Positions 18,099 to 28,313 of a stretch of 64,000 nt of DNA are shown piece by piece. This stretch comes from Nitrospirota bacterium (GTDB taxonomy: Bacteria > Nitrospirota > Nitrospiria > SBBL01 > JAADHI01): assembly GCA_029261135.1 (NCBI GenBank), contig JAJDBX010000046.1, positions 16,158 through 80,157 on the forward strand. The letters run 5' to 3'. A model generated the notes under the pieces. It saw nothing but the letters and a program-made list of their open reading frames with translations. It was not told the origin of the DNA and searched no databases. How positions within the stretch are numbered: the stretch's first letter is position 1; each line of letters opens with the position of its first letter. A program made the position numbers and the translations under genes.

Positions 18099-18260
18099 TC
18101 ATTTCGATCTTGACGCACTCTGGTCTGCGTCGAAAGTCCTCGCGGTCAATCCCTAGTCATATTTCTATTGGTTCACCTCGAATACAAATCATTTTAAAAA
18201 TACCCAGAACCAGGTCATAAAGCACCTTGCTTTGTGTGGGTCATATTAGGAGTAACACAA

Positions 18261-19559
18261 TTGATATCATTTGAATCATTCGGTCTATCGACCGAACTAC
18301 TACGTGCAGTCTCGGAACAAGGCTATACAGAACCAACACCCGTGCAACAACAGGCCATTCCTCACATCCTTGAAGGGGCAGATCTTATGGCCCGTGCACA
18401 AACCGGAACCGGAAAAACTGCCGGATTTACCTTGCCCCTGCTGCAGAGGTTGAGCGTATCACAAAAAAACACAGGTCATCGGCGCGCTGTACGTGCCCTC
18501 ATTTTAACCCCCACACGTGAGCTCGCCGCTCAAGTGGAAGAAAGTGTCACGACCTATGGGAAGCATCTTCCCTTAAAATCAACCGTCATTTTTGGCGGCG
18601 TGAAGATCAATCCGCAAATCATGAAGTTGCGCATGGGGGTCGATATCTTGGTCGCAACACCTGGTCGACTTCTGGATCACGCCGGACAAAAAACAGTGGA
18701 TCTTTCCAAGGTCGAATTTTTTGTATTGGATGAAGCGGATCGTATGTTGGACATGGGGTTTATCCACGATATAAAAAGAATCAATGCACTCTTGCCAAAA
18801 CAACGGCAGACCCTGCTTTTTTCTGCGACATTTTCTGACGAGATCAAAAAACTGGCCACTGGGTTTTTAAAAACACCGAAACTCATTGAGATCGCCCGTC
18901 ACAACACCCCGTCTGAACTCGTGTCTCAGGTCATTCATCCAGTGGATCGAAATCGTAAACGGGCCCTTCTTTCCTGGATGATCGGCTCTAAAAATTGGAA
19001 ACAAGTACTGGTCTTTACCCGAACGAAACACGCAGCCAATCGACTTTCAAAACAGCTTTCACAAGACGGGATTACCGCCTCTGCCATTCACGGCAATAAA
19101 AGTCAGGCCGCACGCACCCGCGCCTTGGCCGAATTTAAAACAGGCAAGGTTCGGGTTTTGGTGGCCACTGATATCGCTGCCCGAGGACTCGATATCGATC
19201 AATTGCCTCATGTGGTAAATTTTGAGCTACCAAACGTGCCCGAAGATTATGTTCACCGGATCGGGCGTACCGGACGCGCTGGAAACGAGGGTGAAGCGGT
19301 CTCTCTGGTCTGTGTCGATGAACTTCAACACCTCAAAAATATCGAAAGCTTGGTCAAACGTGATCTGCCGAAAATTGTGATCCCGGGTTATGAAGTTGAT
19401 CCCACAATTAAGGCAGAAATCATCCCAAATGGACGCAACGGGAATAATAAAAAGACCCTCTCAAAACATTCAAATTATCGCTGGGGCAACAATCGTCCAG
19501 GCACGAGCAATAACAGAAGTACCTCAAAAAATTCGAGCCGACGTCAACAATTCCGGTAA
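18261..19559 (+). CDS. rhlE: ATP-dependent DEAD-box RNA helicase (RhlE-like) with basic C-terminal tail
   Basis: Q-motif [36 protein letters not shown] and [10 protein letters not shown] are present. TTG 18261 lies 8 nt after AGGAG. The track start at 18234 is less likely. Confidence 0.9.
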   Translation: MISFESFGLSTELLRAVSEQGYTEPTPVQQQAIPHILEGADLMARAQTGTGKTAGFTLPLLQRLSVSQKNTGHRRAVRALILTPTRELAAQVEESVTTYGKHLPLKSTVIFGGVKINPQIMKLRMGVDILVATPGRLLDHAGQKTVDLSKVEFFVLDEADRMLDMGFIHDIKRINALLPKQRQTLLFSATFSDEIKKLATGFLKTPKLIEIARHNTPSELVSQVIHPVDRNRKRALLSWMIGSKNWKQVLVFTRTKHAANRLSKQLSQDGITASAIHGNKSQAARTRALAEFKTGKVRVLVATDIAARGLDIDQLPHVVNFELPNVPEDYVHRIGRTGRAGNEGEAVSLVCVDELQHLKNIESLVKRDLPKIVIPGYEVDPTIKAEIIPNGRNGNNKKTLSKHSNYRWGNNRPGTSNNRSTSKNSSRRQQFR

Positions 19560-19584
19560 CACTTGAATCCAATTTAGCTCAAAA

Positions 19585-19619
19585 AAGGCCAAGACCCTCA
19601 TCAAGTCTTGGCCTTTTTT
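19585..19619 (+). terminator. rho-independent terminator of rhlE
   Basis: AAGGCCAAGAC (19585-19595), 9-nt loop, GTCTTGGCCTT (19605-19615), with the T-run continuing to 19619. Confidence 0.75.
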
Positions 19620-19908
19620 GATTGTTTTTTTCATTTATTCGCATACCCCCCCGCAGATTAAGACAAAAGAAGTTTCCTCGGAGGCTAGAATGAGTCCTGA
19701 AGGACTTATTTTACAAGACTTAAGGCTTTTCTGCCCCTAAAACACGACAAGAGTGCCTTATTTCACCCTCAGGGTTAGAGCATTATAGATAATTGTCCCT
19801 CTCACCTTGCCGGACGACACTTTATGAGCTAACATTAAATAGTAAGATCATCGATATGTTGGTAAATAGGTTAGAATATAACGTATTTCGGTCTTAAACA
19901 AACATAAT

Positions 19909-21009
19909 TTGGTGGCATATATGTTGAGAGATCTTATTTCAATCATTCAAAAACAGGACTTCCTTCACCACCGTTGTAGCTTTACTTCTATTGCCTTTTT
20001 TTCATTCCTTTTCCTATTTTTTTCTTCAACTGCTGAAGCCCAATTTGGAGGGGGTGGAGGCGCGGGGGGCAACATTTCAAGAACCCTTCCTTCCTCAACT
20101 GTCGCACCTCTCACGTCAGAGGCCCCTGCACCTTGGGGTGTCGATCCAGCCTCCGTTGCAGGCATTACCGTGGATGAAGTCATGCAGAGTCCAGGTTTTT
20201 TGCAGGAAAAAGTAACGACAGACACCGGAGACACCTTCTTCTTCCAAAGTTTCAGCTCATCCGACTTTACGATGTCGAGCTATTCGAAATTTGGGAGTGC
20301 CACTCCAAACGATCCTGAGGGAAACCTGATTTTCAGTCAAGAAATTACAGACCCTGCATTTGGCTTGAATGAAAAAACAGTCATGGATGGTTTCCGCCAG
20401 CCCATCAGCATCCATTCAGATATTACCGAAAAAAATGTGGCCGCATTAACCAACGGGCTTAATCAGATGGATATGCATTTTCGCCAGGTGCCTTTCTTTG
20501 ACAGCGCGCAAGGAAAAGTGTTGGTTCGTCAAGATATCGGTATTTGGATGACCAGTTTCTCCGGTCTCATGTCCGATGATATCACCGAGAGTGAAAGCTT
20601 TACCTTAGGCTCCGGAGACCTGAGCCATACAGTGGCTACAAGTATTCCATCGGACGGAGGAGGCAGTACCAGTAGCAACGGAACAATCGATTGGTGGAAT
20701 GATTTGGAAGCCGTTAAAATCATCGATCCCTCCAATAATCAATTGCTCAATTTCAGCCGTTGCAACGATTTTGGAGATCCGACCGGGCGAATGGGCTTTA
20801 ATAGTGACCAAGGTTCTAATGGGGGTTGTTCAGATGGTTCCGCTGCGAGTTCTGAAAGACCCTCTATTTCGACTCACAGCGGCGACGACTTTCAGCTGAC
20901 GCCGATCAATTGGGAGCGATGGGGGGGAAGTGGGAGCGATTCATTTAGCAGCGGGATCAGCACAAGTTTTCCGGATGAGAGTAGTACTGGCGGCGGGTTT
21001 GGCCGCTAG
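19909..21009 (+). CDS. secreted Gly/Ser/Asp-rich protein, unknown function
   Basis: Signal peptide ..FSFLFLFFSSTAEA|QFGGGGGAGG. The C-terminus is ..STGGGFGR. No recognisable domain. An alternative start is ATG 19921. Confidence 0.5.
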   Translation: MVAYMLRDLISIIQKQDFLHHRCSFTSIAFFSFLFLFFSSTAEAQFGGGGGAGGNISRTLPSSTVAPLTSEAPAPWGVDPASVAGITVDEVMQSPGFLQEKVTTDTGDTFFFQSFSSSDFTMSSYSKFGSATPNDPEGNLIFSQEITDPAFGLNEKTVMDGFRQPISIHSDITEKNVAALTNGLNQMDMHFRQVPFFDSAQGKVLVRQDIGIWMTSFSGLMSDDITESESFTLGSGDLSHTVATSIPSDGGGSTSSNGTIDWWNDLEAVKIIDPSNNQLLNFSRCNDFGDPTGRMGFNSDQGSNGGCSDGSAASSERPSISTHSGDDFQLTPINWERWGGSGSDSFSSGISTSFPDESSTGGGFGR

Positions 21010-21284
21010 ATCATCACAATAATACCCTTAATCTTATATTTGTTCCTGCAAAAAAAACTGAAAATAAAATCCAAGGCTATAATTTTCCTGACTACTTTTC
21101 TTTTTCAAATATTTACATTGACAATTATTCCCACATAGACTTCAATTGACAATCAGAGGTTCAGTGGTACCTTATGTTCTGTATAATTGGACTCAGTCGG
21201 GATACATTCCACTGGGCACTTTTAGGAAAACACCTCATTCATTAAACAAGTCATTCAACTCAACGAGGAATTAGGAGAAACATC

Positions 21285-22778
21285 ATGCCAGATCAACTTC
21301 AAAAAGGCGTATTTGCAGGATGGGTCGTTATTGCGATTTTCTTTTTCAGCATTTCAATGAGTTATGGGAGTGAATGGCAGATTGTCGGACCGCGTGCCCT
21401 GGGAATGGGCGGCGCCAATGTCGCGGTCGCCAATGATTCGACCGCGAGTTACTGGAACCCCGGCGCATATGGGTTTTTTAAAGGTGAGGAAGAGGATCAT
21501 TACGGAAAAAGGGGCTGGAGTACAACACTAGCAGGTGTGGGTGTCGGGGCGCAGCTTCACGGGAACATTGGAGATTCACTTTCTAAAGTGACCGACATTA
21601 ATTTTGATGGTATTGACAATGACAACCTCACGGCAGACAAGGTTACTGATTTTATCGCCTTATTAAATGGAATTGAAGAATTTAGAGGCCAGGCCAATCA
21701 GGTTCTGACGATAACCGCAAATGGGCGATTTAATATCCAGGCAGGTCATTTTGGAATTGGCAGTCACATCTTGCTAGATGTCACTGCGAATCCTAATTTT
21801 GATTTTGATAATCTTGGTCCGGATAATACGACTGGTTTTACAGTAGCTGATTTTACAGATCCAACGAACCTCGGTTGTCCCACTTGTGGTACCGCAAGCA
21901 TTAGTGTCACAACCCTGACGACTCAACAAGCCAACGATATCAATGCGGGACTTCCAACGACATGGACTGCAGCCGAAAGAAATGGTTTTATCAATTCCAT
22001 TGATAACGGTCTCGGACAAGCAGGGGTCACTGTGCCCTCTGATATTGTCACGCAAGCAACTAGTGCCGCAACCCTTGCTGATGTTGCCACAGCAGCAGCT
22101 TCGAGTGGCCCTCTTTCGCAAAACACCTCTACACTTCGATTTGTAGGAATTGGTCTCATCGAAGTCCCACTCAGCTATGGACGCGCTTTTTCAGAAAAGC
22201 TCTCTATTGGTGGCAACTTGAAATACATGAAAGCGCGTGTCTACGATGTTACGATCGATATTCTCAAGCAAGACATGGGTGACGCGCTCGATGAGGCACT
22301 TGATGCCTATCAAGATAAAAGCAACGTCGGTCTTGATCTTGGGGCGCTTTATCGTTTGAGTGATTCGTTTCGAGTCGGCATTGTGGGTAGAAACCTCAAT
22401 GCCCCCAAATTTGGCAGCGTCAAACAAGAAGCGCAAATTCGCACGGGTTTGGCTTATCAACCGCGTTCTTTTCTCACCTTTGCCGCAGATATCGATCTAA
22501 CCGAAAATAATGCCAGTGTCGGAAGCAGCCTCAAGTCCCGAAATATTGGTGCGGGTTTAGAAATTGATGTGTTCAAATTCTTACAGCTTCGCTTTGGAAC
22601 CTATAAAAACCTTTCGGAGAATGATATCGGAATTGTCTACACCGCTGGCTTCGGTTTAAACCTTTGGCTGGTAAACTTAGATATCGGAGCGGCTAAATCA
22701 AAGGATGAGTCCAGAATTGATGGCGAGGATGTCCCAGAAGAAGCGCGCTTAGAATTTGCCCTCTCAATGCTCTTTTGA
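21285..22778 (+). CDS. outer-membrane beta-barrel protein (TraF_2/PorV-like N-terminal motif)
   Basis: After the signal peptide comes GPRALGMGGANVAVANDSTASYWNPGAYGF, the motif I recall for the PF13729-type barrels. The C-terminal half has alternating strands and ends ..EFALSMLF. Confidence 0.55.
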   Translation: MPDQLQKGVFAGWVVIAIFFFSISMSYGSEWQIVGPRALGMGGANVAVANDSTASYWNPGAYGFFKGEEEDHYGKRGWSTTLAGVGVGAQLHGNIGDSLSKVTDINFDGIDNDNLTADKVTDFIALLNGIEEFRGQANQVLTITANGRFNIQAGHFGIGSHILLDVTANPNFDFDNLGPDNTTGFTVADFTDPTNLGCPTCGTASISVTTLTTQQANDINAGLPTTWTAAERNGFINSIDNGLGQAGVTVPSDIVTQATSAATLADVATAAASSGPLSQNTSTLRFVGIGLIEVPLSYGRAFSEKLSIGGNLKYMKARVYDVTIDILKQDMGDALDEALDAYQDKSNVGLDLGALYRLSDSFRVGIVGRNLNAPKFGSVKQEAQIRTGLAYQPRSFLTFAADIDLTENNASVGSSLKSRNIGAGLEIDVFKFLQLRFGTYKNLSENDIGIVYTAGFGLNLWLVNLDIGAAKSKDESRIDGEDVPEEARLEFALSMLF

Positions 22779-22811
22779 CTCTAGGGTTTATTTTCGATAT
22801 GATCCGCCTTT

Positions 22812-23156
22812 TTGGAGCCGGTGATGTCGTCAAAAATAGGTCAAGACAGATCAAAACAAATTGCCATCGTTCTCTCAGCACTTTTCCCCGGTGCAGGGCA
22901 GCTTTACAATCGAGAAACGGGAAAAGCCGCAGCCTTTTTCATCGGCAATATTCTTTTAGAGATTTATCTCCTGCCAGAGGGTTATTGGGACATCATTACT
23001 GGCGTGACGAGCGGCGAAACTTCACTCACACTGAATCTCTACCTCCGGGTTCTCGTCCTCTTGGTGATCCGTGGCGCAGCCGTGTTGGATGCAGAACGAT
23101 CTGCCCGACCTAGGAGTGATCAATTGATAAAAAAGTCCAATTCAAAATCGGACTGA
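22812..23156 (+). CDS. small membrane protein (FPGAGQLYN motif)
   Basis: Two or three hydrophobic helices. LSALFPGAGQLYNRETGKAA resembles TM2/DUF5683-type small membrane proteins. The start is uncertain (22812-22827). Confidence 0.4.
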   Translation: MEPVMSSKIGQDRSKQIAIVLSALFPGAGQLYNRETGKAAAFFIGNILLEIYLLPEGYWDIITGVTSGETSLTLNLYLRVLVLLVIRGAAVLDAERSARPRSDQLIKKSNSKSD

Positions 23157-23196
23157 CTGATCTTGCTCGAAAAATAAACGGAAGTCGGGTCAAAAA

Positions 23197-23379
23197 ATGG
23201 AAGACATCCAACAATTGATCGGCCAAGAAGTTGAACTGACCTATCTTGGGATCAACTACAAAGGAAAGCTCATCGGTGCCGGGGCATCAGAAGTCTATTT
23301 ACAAACCCTGACGAACCAAGTCGAGTTACCTTTATCTGGTGTGACAAAAATTCAGGCACTGCCGGAGCGAAAGACTTAA
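23197..23379 (+). CDS. 60-aa hypothetical protein
   Basis: Clean ATG ORF packed between neighbours, 2 nt before the next gene. No motif. Confidence 0.3.
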   Translation: MEDIQQLIGQEVELTYLGINYKGKLIGAGASEVYLQTLTNQVELPLSGVTKIQALPERKT

Positions 23380-23381
23380 CC

Positions 23382-24371
23382 GTGTCCCTCAATCAACAAG
23401 ATCCAACACAAGATGATGACCTGCAACCCCCGCCTGTTTCAGTAGAACCCCCTCAAAGACCGTTTATCCCGGACGATTTTCTATTAGAAGAAGTAGACGT
23501 CAAAGAAAATAAAAAAGGTCGGAATCCCTTAATCATCCCTGCGATCCTTTTTGTCCTGACTTCTTTTACAACCTTGTTAACCGGGGCCTTTCTAGAAGGG
23601 GCCAATCCTTTTCGAAATCCTCTTGAATTTCGCCTGGGTATCCCTTTTGCCGGAACCTTACTTTTAATCCTCTTCTGCCATGAAATGGGTCACTACATCG
23701 CATCAAAACGTTATGGTGTCATTGTGACCCCCCCATTCTTTATCCCAGGGCCTTGGTTTCCATTTGGGATCGGAACCTTTGGAGCGTTTATCCGAATCAA
23801 ATCGCCGATATTTCAAAGGAGGGCTTTGCTGGATATTGGCGCGGCAGGACCCATTGCCGGTTTTGTGGTCTCTATTTTTGCGGCGGCCATTGGTATTTAC
23901 TCTTCCCAAATTGTAATAGCTACAAATCCTCTTGCCTCAATTCACCTCGGAGACCCTTTGATTTTTACGTTTATTGCAAATCTTGTCGGGAAAGTGCCTC
24001 CCGAGGGTTACGATATTCAATTGAATTCTATTGCATTTGCTGCTTGGATCGGTTTTTTCGTGACGACATTGAACTTACTTCCCATCGGGCAACTTGACGG
24101 TGGCCATATTATCTATGCCTTACTTGGCAAAAAACACCGATATATTTCAATGGCGGTCATCGTGATACTGGTTATGCTTGGGATCAATGGCTGGAAGGGT
24201 TGGTATTTCTGGGCAATCTTAACAGCGGTATTTGGGGTGAATCATCCTCCAGTGATGGACGGACCTGTTCCGCTCGATTTTAAACACCGCATGGTTGTCC
24301 TTGCTTCTGTCGTCATCTTTATCCTTACCTTCATGCCTAACCCTTTTCCTAATCCCTTGATGGTCGGCTGA
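23382..24371 (+). CDS. site-2 protease family (M50) membrane metalloprotease
   Basis: HEMGHY (HExxH) lies in a TM helix. NLLPIGQLDGGHI is the second metal-ligand motif. The protein is polytopic. Confidence 0.8.
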   Translation: MSLNQQDPTQDDDLQPPPVSVEPPQRPFIPDDFLLEEVDVKENKKGRNPLIIPAILFVLTSFTTLLTGAFLEGANPFRNPLEFRLGIPFAGTLLLILFCHEMGHYIASKRYGVIVTPPFFIPGPWFPFGIGTFGAFIRIKSPIFQRRALLDIGAAGPIAGFVVSIFAAAIGIYSSQIVIATNPLASIHLGDPLIFTFIANLVGKVPPEGYDIQLNSIAFAAWIGFFVTTLNLLPIGQLDGGHIIYALLGKKHRYISMAVIVILVMLGINGWKGWYFWAILTAVFGVNHPPVMDGPVPLDFKHRMVVLASVVIFILTFMPNPFPNPLMVG

Positions 24372-24392
24372 GGGTTCATTTTCAATGACAGA

Positions 24393-25802
24393 CTATTTTG
24401 ATTTTTCGATGATTTGCGCTAAACGGTCACCGGCTAAAAAAGCAGTACCCCAGCCAATATCCTCTGAACGTTCTGAATTGACTAAATAAACATTTTTTTT
24501 ATCTTTCGGTTGAAGATAATTGAAAACACCTTTGAGGACTTCTTTTTGTGTGCTGTCCGATTCTCCCTGCGAAAAGAAGGGGTTTTGCAAAGCTTGTGTA
24601 TTTTCTATCGGAAGATCAATAGACCTGATCTTGGATTGTGAAAAGGGCATCAAAGCATAAAGTCGGTCTAGCACCTTTTTTTTAATCTGTTCACCCATCA
24701 TTGCCGATACAGGTACATCATCACGCAATAAAACCGTTGTTGCAATGAGTCGGATTTTCCTCGAAACCTCTGGCACTTCTTTGTGTGTCTTGAGCCGGAT
24801 CACGATGATATCTTCACAGCCTAAGGGAATATCACCTCCCCATGTCATGATCAAGGTTTCTTTCATGGGTGGTGGAACCAGTGTTTGAGGGATTTCAAAA
24901 AAAAGGGATAATGAGTTCTTTTCTGAAGGGCGGGTGACTATAAAGTGAGGACTCTTAAATGTACTACCCTCAGAAAGACTGAGTCTCTCAACGCGTTTTT
25001 TTTCGATATCCACGCTTGAGATCTTCTGTCCCTTCAAAATAGTCCCACCCCATTTTTCGATATTTTGATGAAAAAATTGGGTGATGGTCTGGTCGCCCTC
25101 TCGAAAGCATACCCCCCCTTCTTGTAAGGATGAAAAAAGCTGGATCATTTCATAAGCAGAAACATCTTCCAGTGTCTTTTTGAAAGCCCAGAGAAAAAGA
25201 AGGTTAAAATATGCCGTGATCTCGGGAGGAAAGTTATAGGGGTCAAGAAGTTCAAGTGCAGTTCTTTTTTGCAGCTGCTGAATGGCTTGAGAAAAGTCGA
25301 GTTTTTTTTTCCACTCATTAACCCGTTCGGTCATGCGGCCAGTTTCTATCTGTTGAAATTGGCCAATATAGGGGTAGTAAAAAGACGCTTCTCTCTCAAT
25401 TTGATTAAAAAGCGTTTTTAATTTTTCAGCTTCCGCCCCAAACTCTCTTTTAAGCTCATCAAAATAAGACGATTCATCGCTATAGAGATTGATGCGATGT
25501 GAAGGCAAAATGACCTGAAGCATGACCTGCGGTTTTTGATATAAAAACCCTTTGTTCTGGAGGCTCGGGAGAGGCACAGCCAGTTTTAGAAAGAAACCTT
25601 CCATGGCACCCCATTTTTCGTATCCAAAATAAAGGGAGGGGCCTAATGCAAAACGAAAGACCGCGCTTGGAATTTTTCTATCAACAGACTCCCCGTCATC
25701 GAGAAGAAGCACCGATTTCCCTTTTTTAGCAAGGGTCGCCGCGCTGACAAGAGAGGTGAGGCCATTCCCAACAAAAATAGCATCATAGCGCTGTTCAGCC
25801 AT
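24393..25802 (-). CDS. NAD(P)/FAD-dependent oxidoreductase (phytoene-desaturase-like)
   Basis: N-terminal dinucleotide fold YDAIFVGNGLTSLVSAATLAKKGKSVLLLD. 469 aa. Confidence 0.6.
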   Translation of the reverse strand: MAEQRYDAIFVGNGLTSLVSAATLAKKGKSVLLLDDGESVDRKIPSAVFRFALGPSLYFGYEKWGAMEGFFLKLAVPLPSLQNKGFLYQKPQVMLQVILPSHRINLYSDESSYFDELKREFGAEAEKLKTLFNQIEREASFYYPYIGQFQQIETGRMTERVNEWKKKLDFSQAIQQLQKRTALELLDPYNFPPEITAYFNLLFLWAFKKTLEDVSAYEMIQLFSSLQEGGVCFREGDQTITQFFHQNIEKWGGTILKGQKISSVDIEKKRVERLSLSEGSTFKSPHFIVTRPSEKNSLSLFFEIPQTLVPPPMKETLIMTWGGDIPLGCEDIIVIRLKTHKEVPEVSRKIRLIATTVLLRDDVPVSAMMGEQIKKKVLDRLYALMPFSQSKIRSIDLPIENTQALQNPFFSQGESDSTQKEVLKGVFNYLQPKDKKNVYLVNSERSEDIGWGTAFLAGDRLAQIIEKSK

Positions 25803-25850
25803 CGGAAGAAAAAGCCTCTCATTTTTTAGGGGGAAAAGACTTGGACTTAT

Positions 25851-26249
25851 TTAACCGAAGAAATAGTCAATTTCTATTGCTGCGTTCTCTTGAGAATCAG
25901 AACCATGTACTGCATTGGCATCGATACTGTCTGCAAAATCAGCTCGGATGGTACCTTTGATGGCTTCTTTTGGATTGGTTGCCCCCATAAGCTCCCGATT
26001 TTTAAGCACCGCATTCTCTCCTTCAAGTACCATCGGAAGGATCGGACCCGAGGACATGAAGGTGATGAGATCATCAAAGAAAGGCATTTTCTGATGAACC
26101 ACGTAAAAATCACCTGCGGCTTTTTTTGTTAATGTTTGCATCCTTGCTTCAACAATCCTAAGTCCGGATTTTTCAAATCTGGAGATGATCTCTCCAATCA
26201 CATTTTTTGCCACTGCATCAGGTTTAATAATCGATAATGTTCGTTCCAA
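25851..26249 (-). CDS. ndk: nucleoside diphosphate kinase
   Basis: [13 protein letters not shown]..., NAVHGSDS active-site His block; 132 aa. Confidence 0.95.
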   Translation of the reverse strand: MERTLSIIKPDAVAKNVIGEIISRFEKSGLRIVEARMQTLTKKAAGDFYVVHQKMPFFDDLITFMSSGPILPMVLEGENAVLKNRELMGATNPKEAIKGTIRADFADSIDANAVHGSDSQENAAIEIDYFFG

Positions 26250-26445
26250 TTTTATTCTCCTCTATAAGAAAAACCGTAATAAATTGGCCGTAACGATAGA
26301 CGAATCATGAAATGATGTCAATGGAATGAAACAATTCACGCCCATTTGAGAAGTTTATTGAATTTCTGGAAGTACTGATCAGAGTCAGAAAAAGGAAGGA
26401 AATTATTTACCCAACAACAGCTATGAGTTGAATCAGATAAGCGTC

Positions 26446-26842
26446 TCAATGCCAACCATAAGTATTCAGCATAGAGACGAGGAATCTTTGCATCAGAATA
26501 TAAAATACCCTTAGCTTTCCATTTCTAAACATTTCTTGGCGGTCTTTAATTGTTTTATCAAATTCTAGCCCAAACCCATATTTGCATGTAAGATTCTCAT
26601 TCCAGACCAACGAACCTTTGTGGAAAATACATAATTCTTTTTGTTACAACCAATAGCGAATCTCCGCACTGAATATGATCCTTCATAATCCCAAGTGACG
26701 CTAAAAAGATGCCTGAGGATGAAATATCTCGAATTTTTTCGAGATTATTTTCACTATTGTTATGCGTCCATTGCACAGAATGAAGCATTTTATGACGTTC
26801 ATGTTGACGTTGATATTCATAAACATTTTCTAGGTCTTTCAT
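26446..26842 (-). pseudogene. PilZ-domain (c-di-GMP receptor) gene with a frameshift
   Basis: QRQHERHK (RxxxR) and RDISSSGIF (DxSxxG) lie in the 81-aa ORF. After LLVVTK the sequence continues in the +1 frame as ELCIFHKGSLVWNENLTCKYGFGLEFDKTIKDRQEMF.. to TGA 26446-26448. The shift is at the A5/T5 run 26638-26642. Confidence 0.55.
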
Positions 26843-27146
26843 AGCACTCTCCTTTGAGTTTTCATGATATCCCTAAAATGGGTTCTTATTTCCTTAACAC
26901 GGAACTGTGCCCGAGAAAAGCAATTTTGGCCTCGAAATAAAAAACGAAAACAAACAAGAAACGCGCGCAGATCACCTGAATGACCGTACGGAAAAAAAAC
27001 GTACAGCGTCACGGGGAAGATTGAAATGAAGAGACAGATGCTAACTATATTTGGAGAAAAAGGGGTCTTATCTATGAAAAAAGAGGCAAAAGACCTTTAT
27101 CAAAAATTATAAATAATATTTAAATATAAGTTAGATTAATAATCTG

Positions 27147-28236
27147 TGCCATAATACTTGTAATTTGTTAAATGTTAAGTCCCGCAGTCTTCTGGATTGG
27201 ATTAAAATAAAAAAGTTTAGGGTGTTGTTGAAACTTTTGGAGAATAATGTCATAGGGTGATTTGAATTTCAAGGCTTTCAGTGGACGTTGAAAATTATAG
27301 GCAAGTAAGAAGGCCATGAGATGTTTTTTTAAGCTTTCTTGAGAGTCATAATGGTATCTCTTGGTCGTGTGATCTTTGATCTTCCGATTGAATATTTCGA
27401 CTTGCCCGTTCGTCCAAGGATGTCGGAATTTTGTCAGTTTGTGCTTGATGCCAGCGGCAGTGCAGGCAGCATCAAAGGAATGGACTTTATTCTTCGGTCT
27501 TAGATGCTTTGCAAGCAGCTCATATGTAAACTGTGCCCCATTGTCCGTCAGTATCGTGTGAATTTTGAAAGGGAAGTCTTTGATTAAGTGCCTCAAAAAG
27601 TTCTCTGAAATATCCATGGTCATGCGTTCATGGAGTTCAAAATAGGCATATTTGCAAACCCGATCAATCGCGACAAAGAGGTAGAGTTTCTTCTTGCCCA
27701 GACGAATCTCTGTGATATCAAGGTGAACATAGCCTATTTCATAATCTTTGAAGCGTTTCTTTTTTTGGGGAGTTGAGACCTCATTTTCTTGCAAGGGAAG
27801 TCGGTTTAGGCCATTTCGCAAAAGGCAACGATACAAATTAGAGCGACTCAAGGCCGGAATTTCATCTCTCAGACAGACGTAAACATCATCAAGGGAAAAG
27901 CGTGTTACGCGTCGAAACTCGCAGATGACTTGATCTTTCTCTGGTGTTAAAACAAGTGACCGGGGGTTGCTTGGCCCGCTTTTTTGTCGGTGACCCGGTC
28001 AGCATGTTTCCTAGAGCACGGTTTTTGGGTTCAGAGACAAGCGCTCGGCTAACTGAGCGATTGTCTCTTGAGATGTTTGTATTTCTTTTCGGATTCGAGT
28101 CGTTGTCTTGGCATTAGCATGGTATATATTGCCCATAGATCTATCTCCTGAAGTTTTTTATACAATACTCCAGAAGAATAAGGAACTAAACATTCAATAT
28201 TTGAACATATGTTTTACAGGAATAACATGGGAGGAA
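27147..28236. mobile_element. IS481-family element (approximate ends)
   Basis: One rve-type transposase gene. A 9-bp direct repeat AATAATCTG at 27138-27146 and 28237-28245 flanks a ~1.09-kb unit, the right size for IS481. The imperfect IRs TGCCATAATA..TGTAA / TCCCATGTTA..TGTAA are only tentative, and the right IR ends 4 nt before the repeat. Confidence 0.5.
27168..28136 (-). pseudogene. IS481-family transposase with two in-frame nonsense codons
   Basis: From ATG 28134-28136: MGNIYHANAKTTTRIRKEIQTSQETIAQLAERLSLNPKTVL*ETC*PGHRQKSGPSNPRSLVLTPEKD.. (TAG 28011-28013, TGA 27999-28001). The frame then continues into the intact catalytic core (HLDITE, ILTDNGAQF, HPWTNGQVE). Confidence 0.8.
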
Positions 28237-28313
28237 AATAATCTGATGTAAGGATATCTTTTTATACAAAAGACAAACAGGAAATATTTTCCAAATAAAA
28301 CAGGTCCTTTCCG

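Noticed and set aside
21195-21230. Possible sigma-54 promoter (CTGGGCAC-N5-..)
   Set aside because: The downstream element is not TTGC-like (TTTTAGGA), so it does not fit the -24/-12 consensus.
26984-27006. CCGTACGG..A8..CGTACAG, resembling mer operator half-sites
   Set aside because: The spacing (11 nt rather than 4) and the lack of -35/-10 context do not fit a MerR operator. The short palindrome is likely fortuitous.
27999-28013. Alternative genetic code (TGA or TAG read as sense) as an explanation for the in-frame stops in the IS481 gene
   Set aside because: Well-conserved genes in the window terminate at TGA at the expected length (merR 2702-2704, the HMA gene 3353-3355, the recombinase 6555-6557), and others terminate at TAG/TAA. 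Standard code 11 fits.
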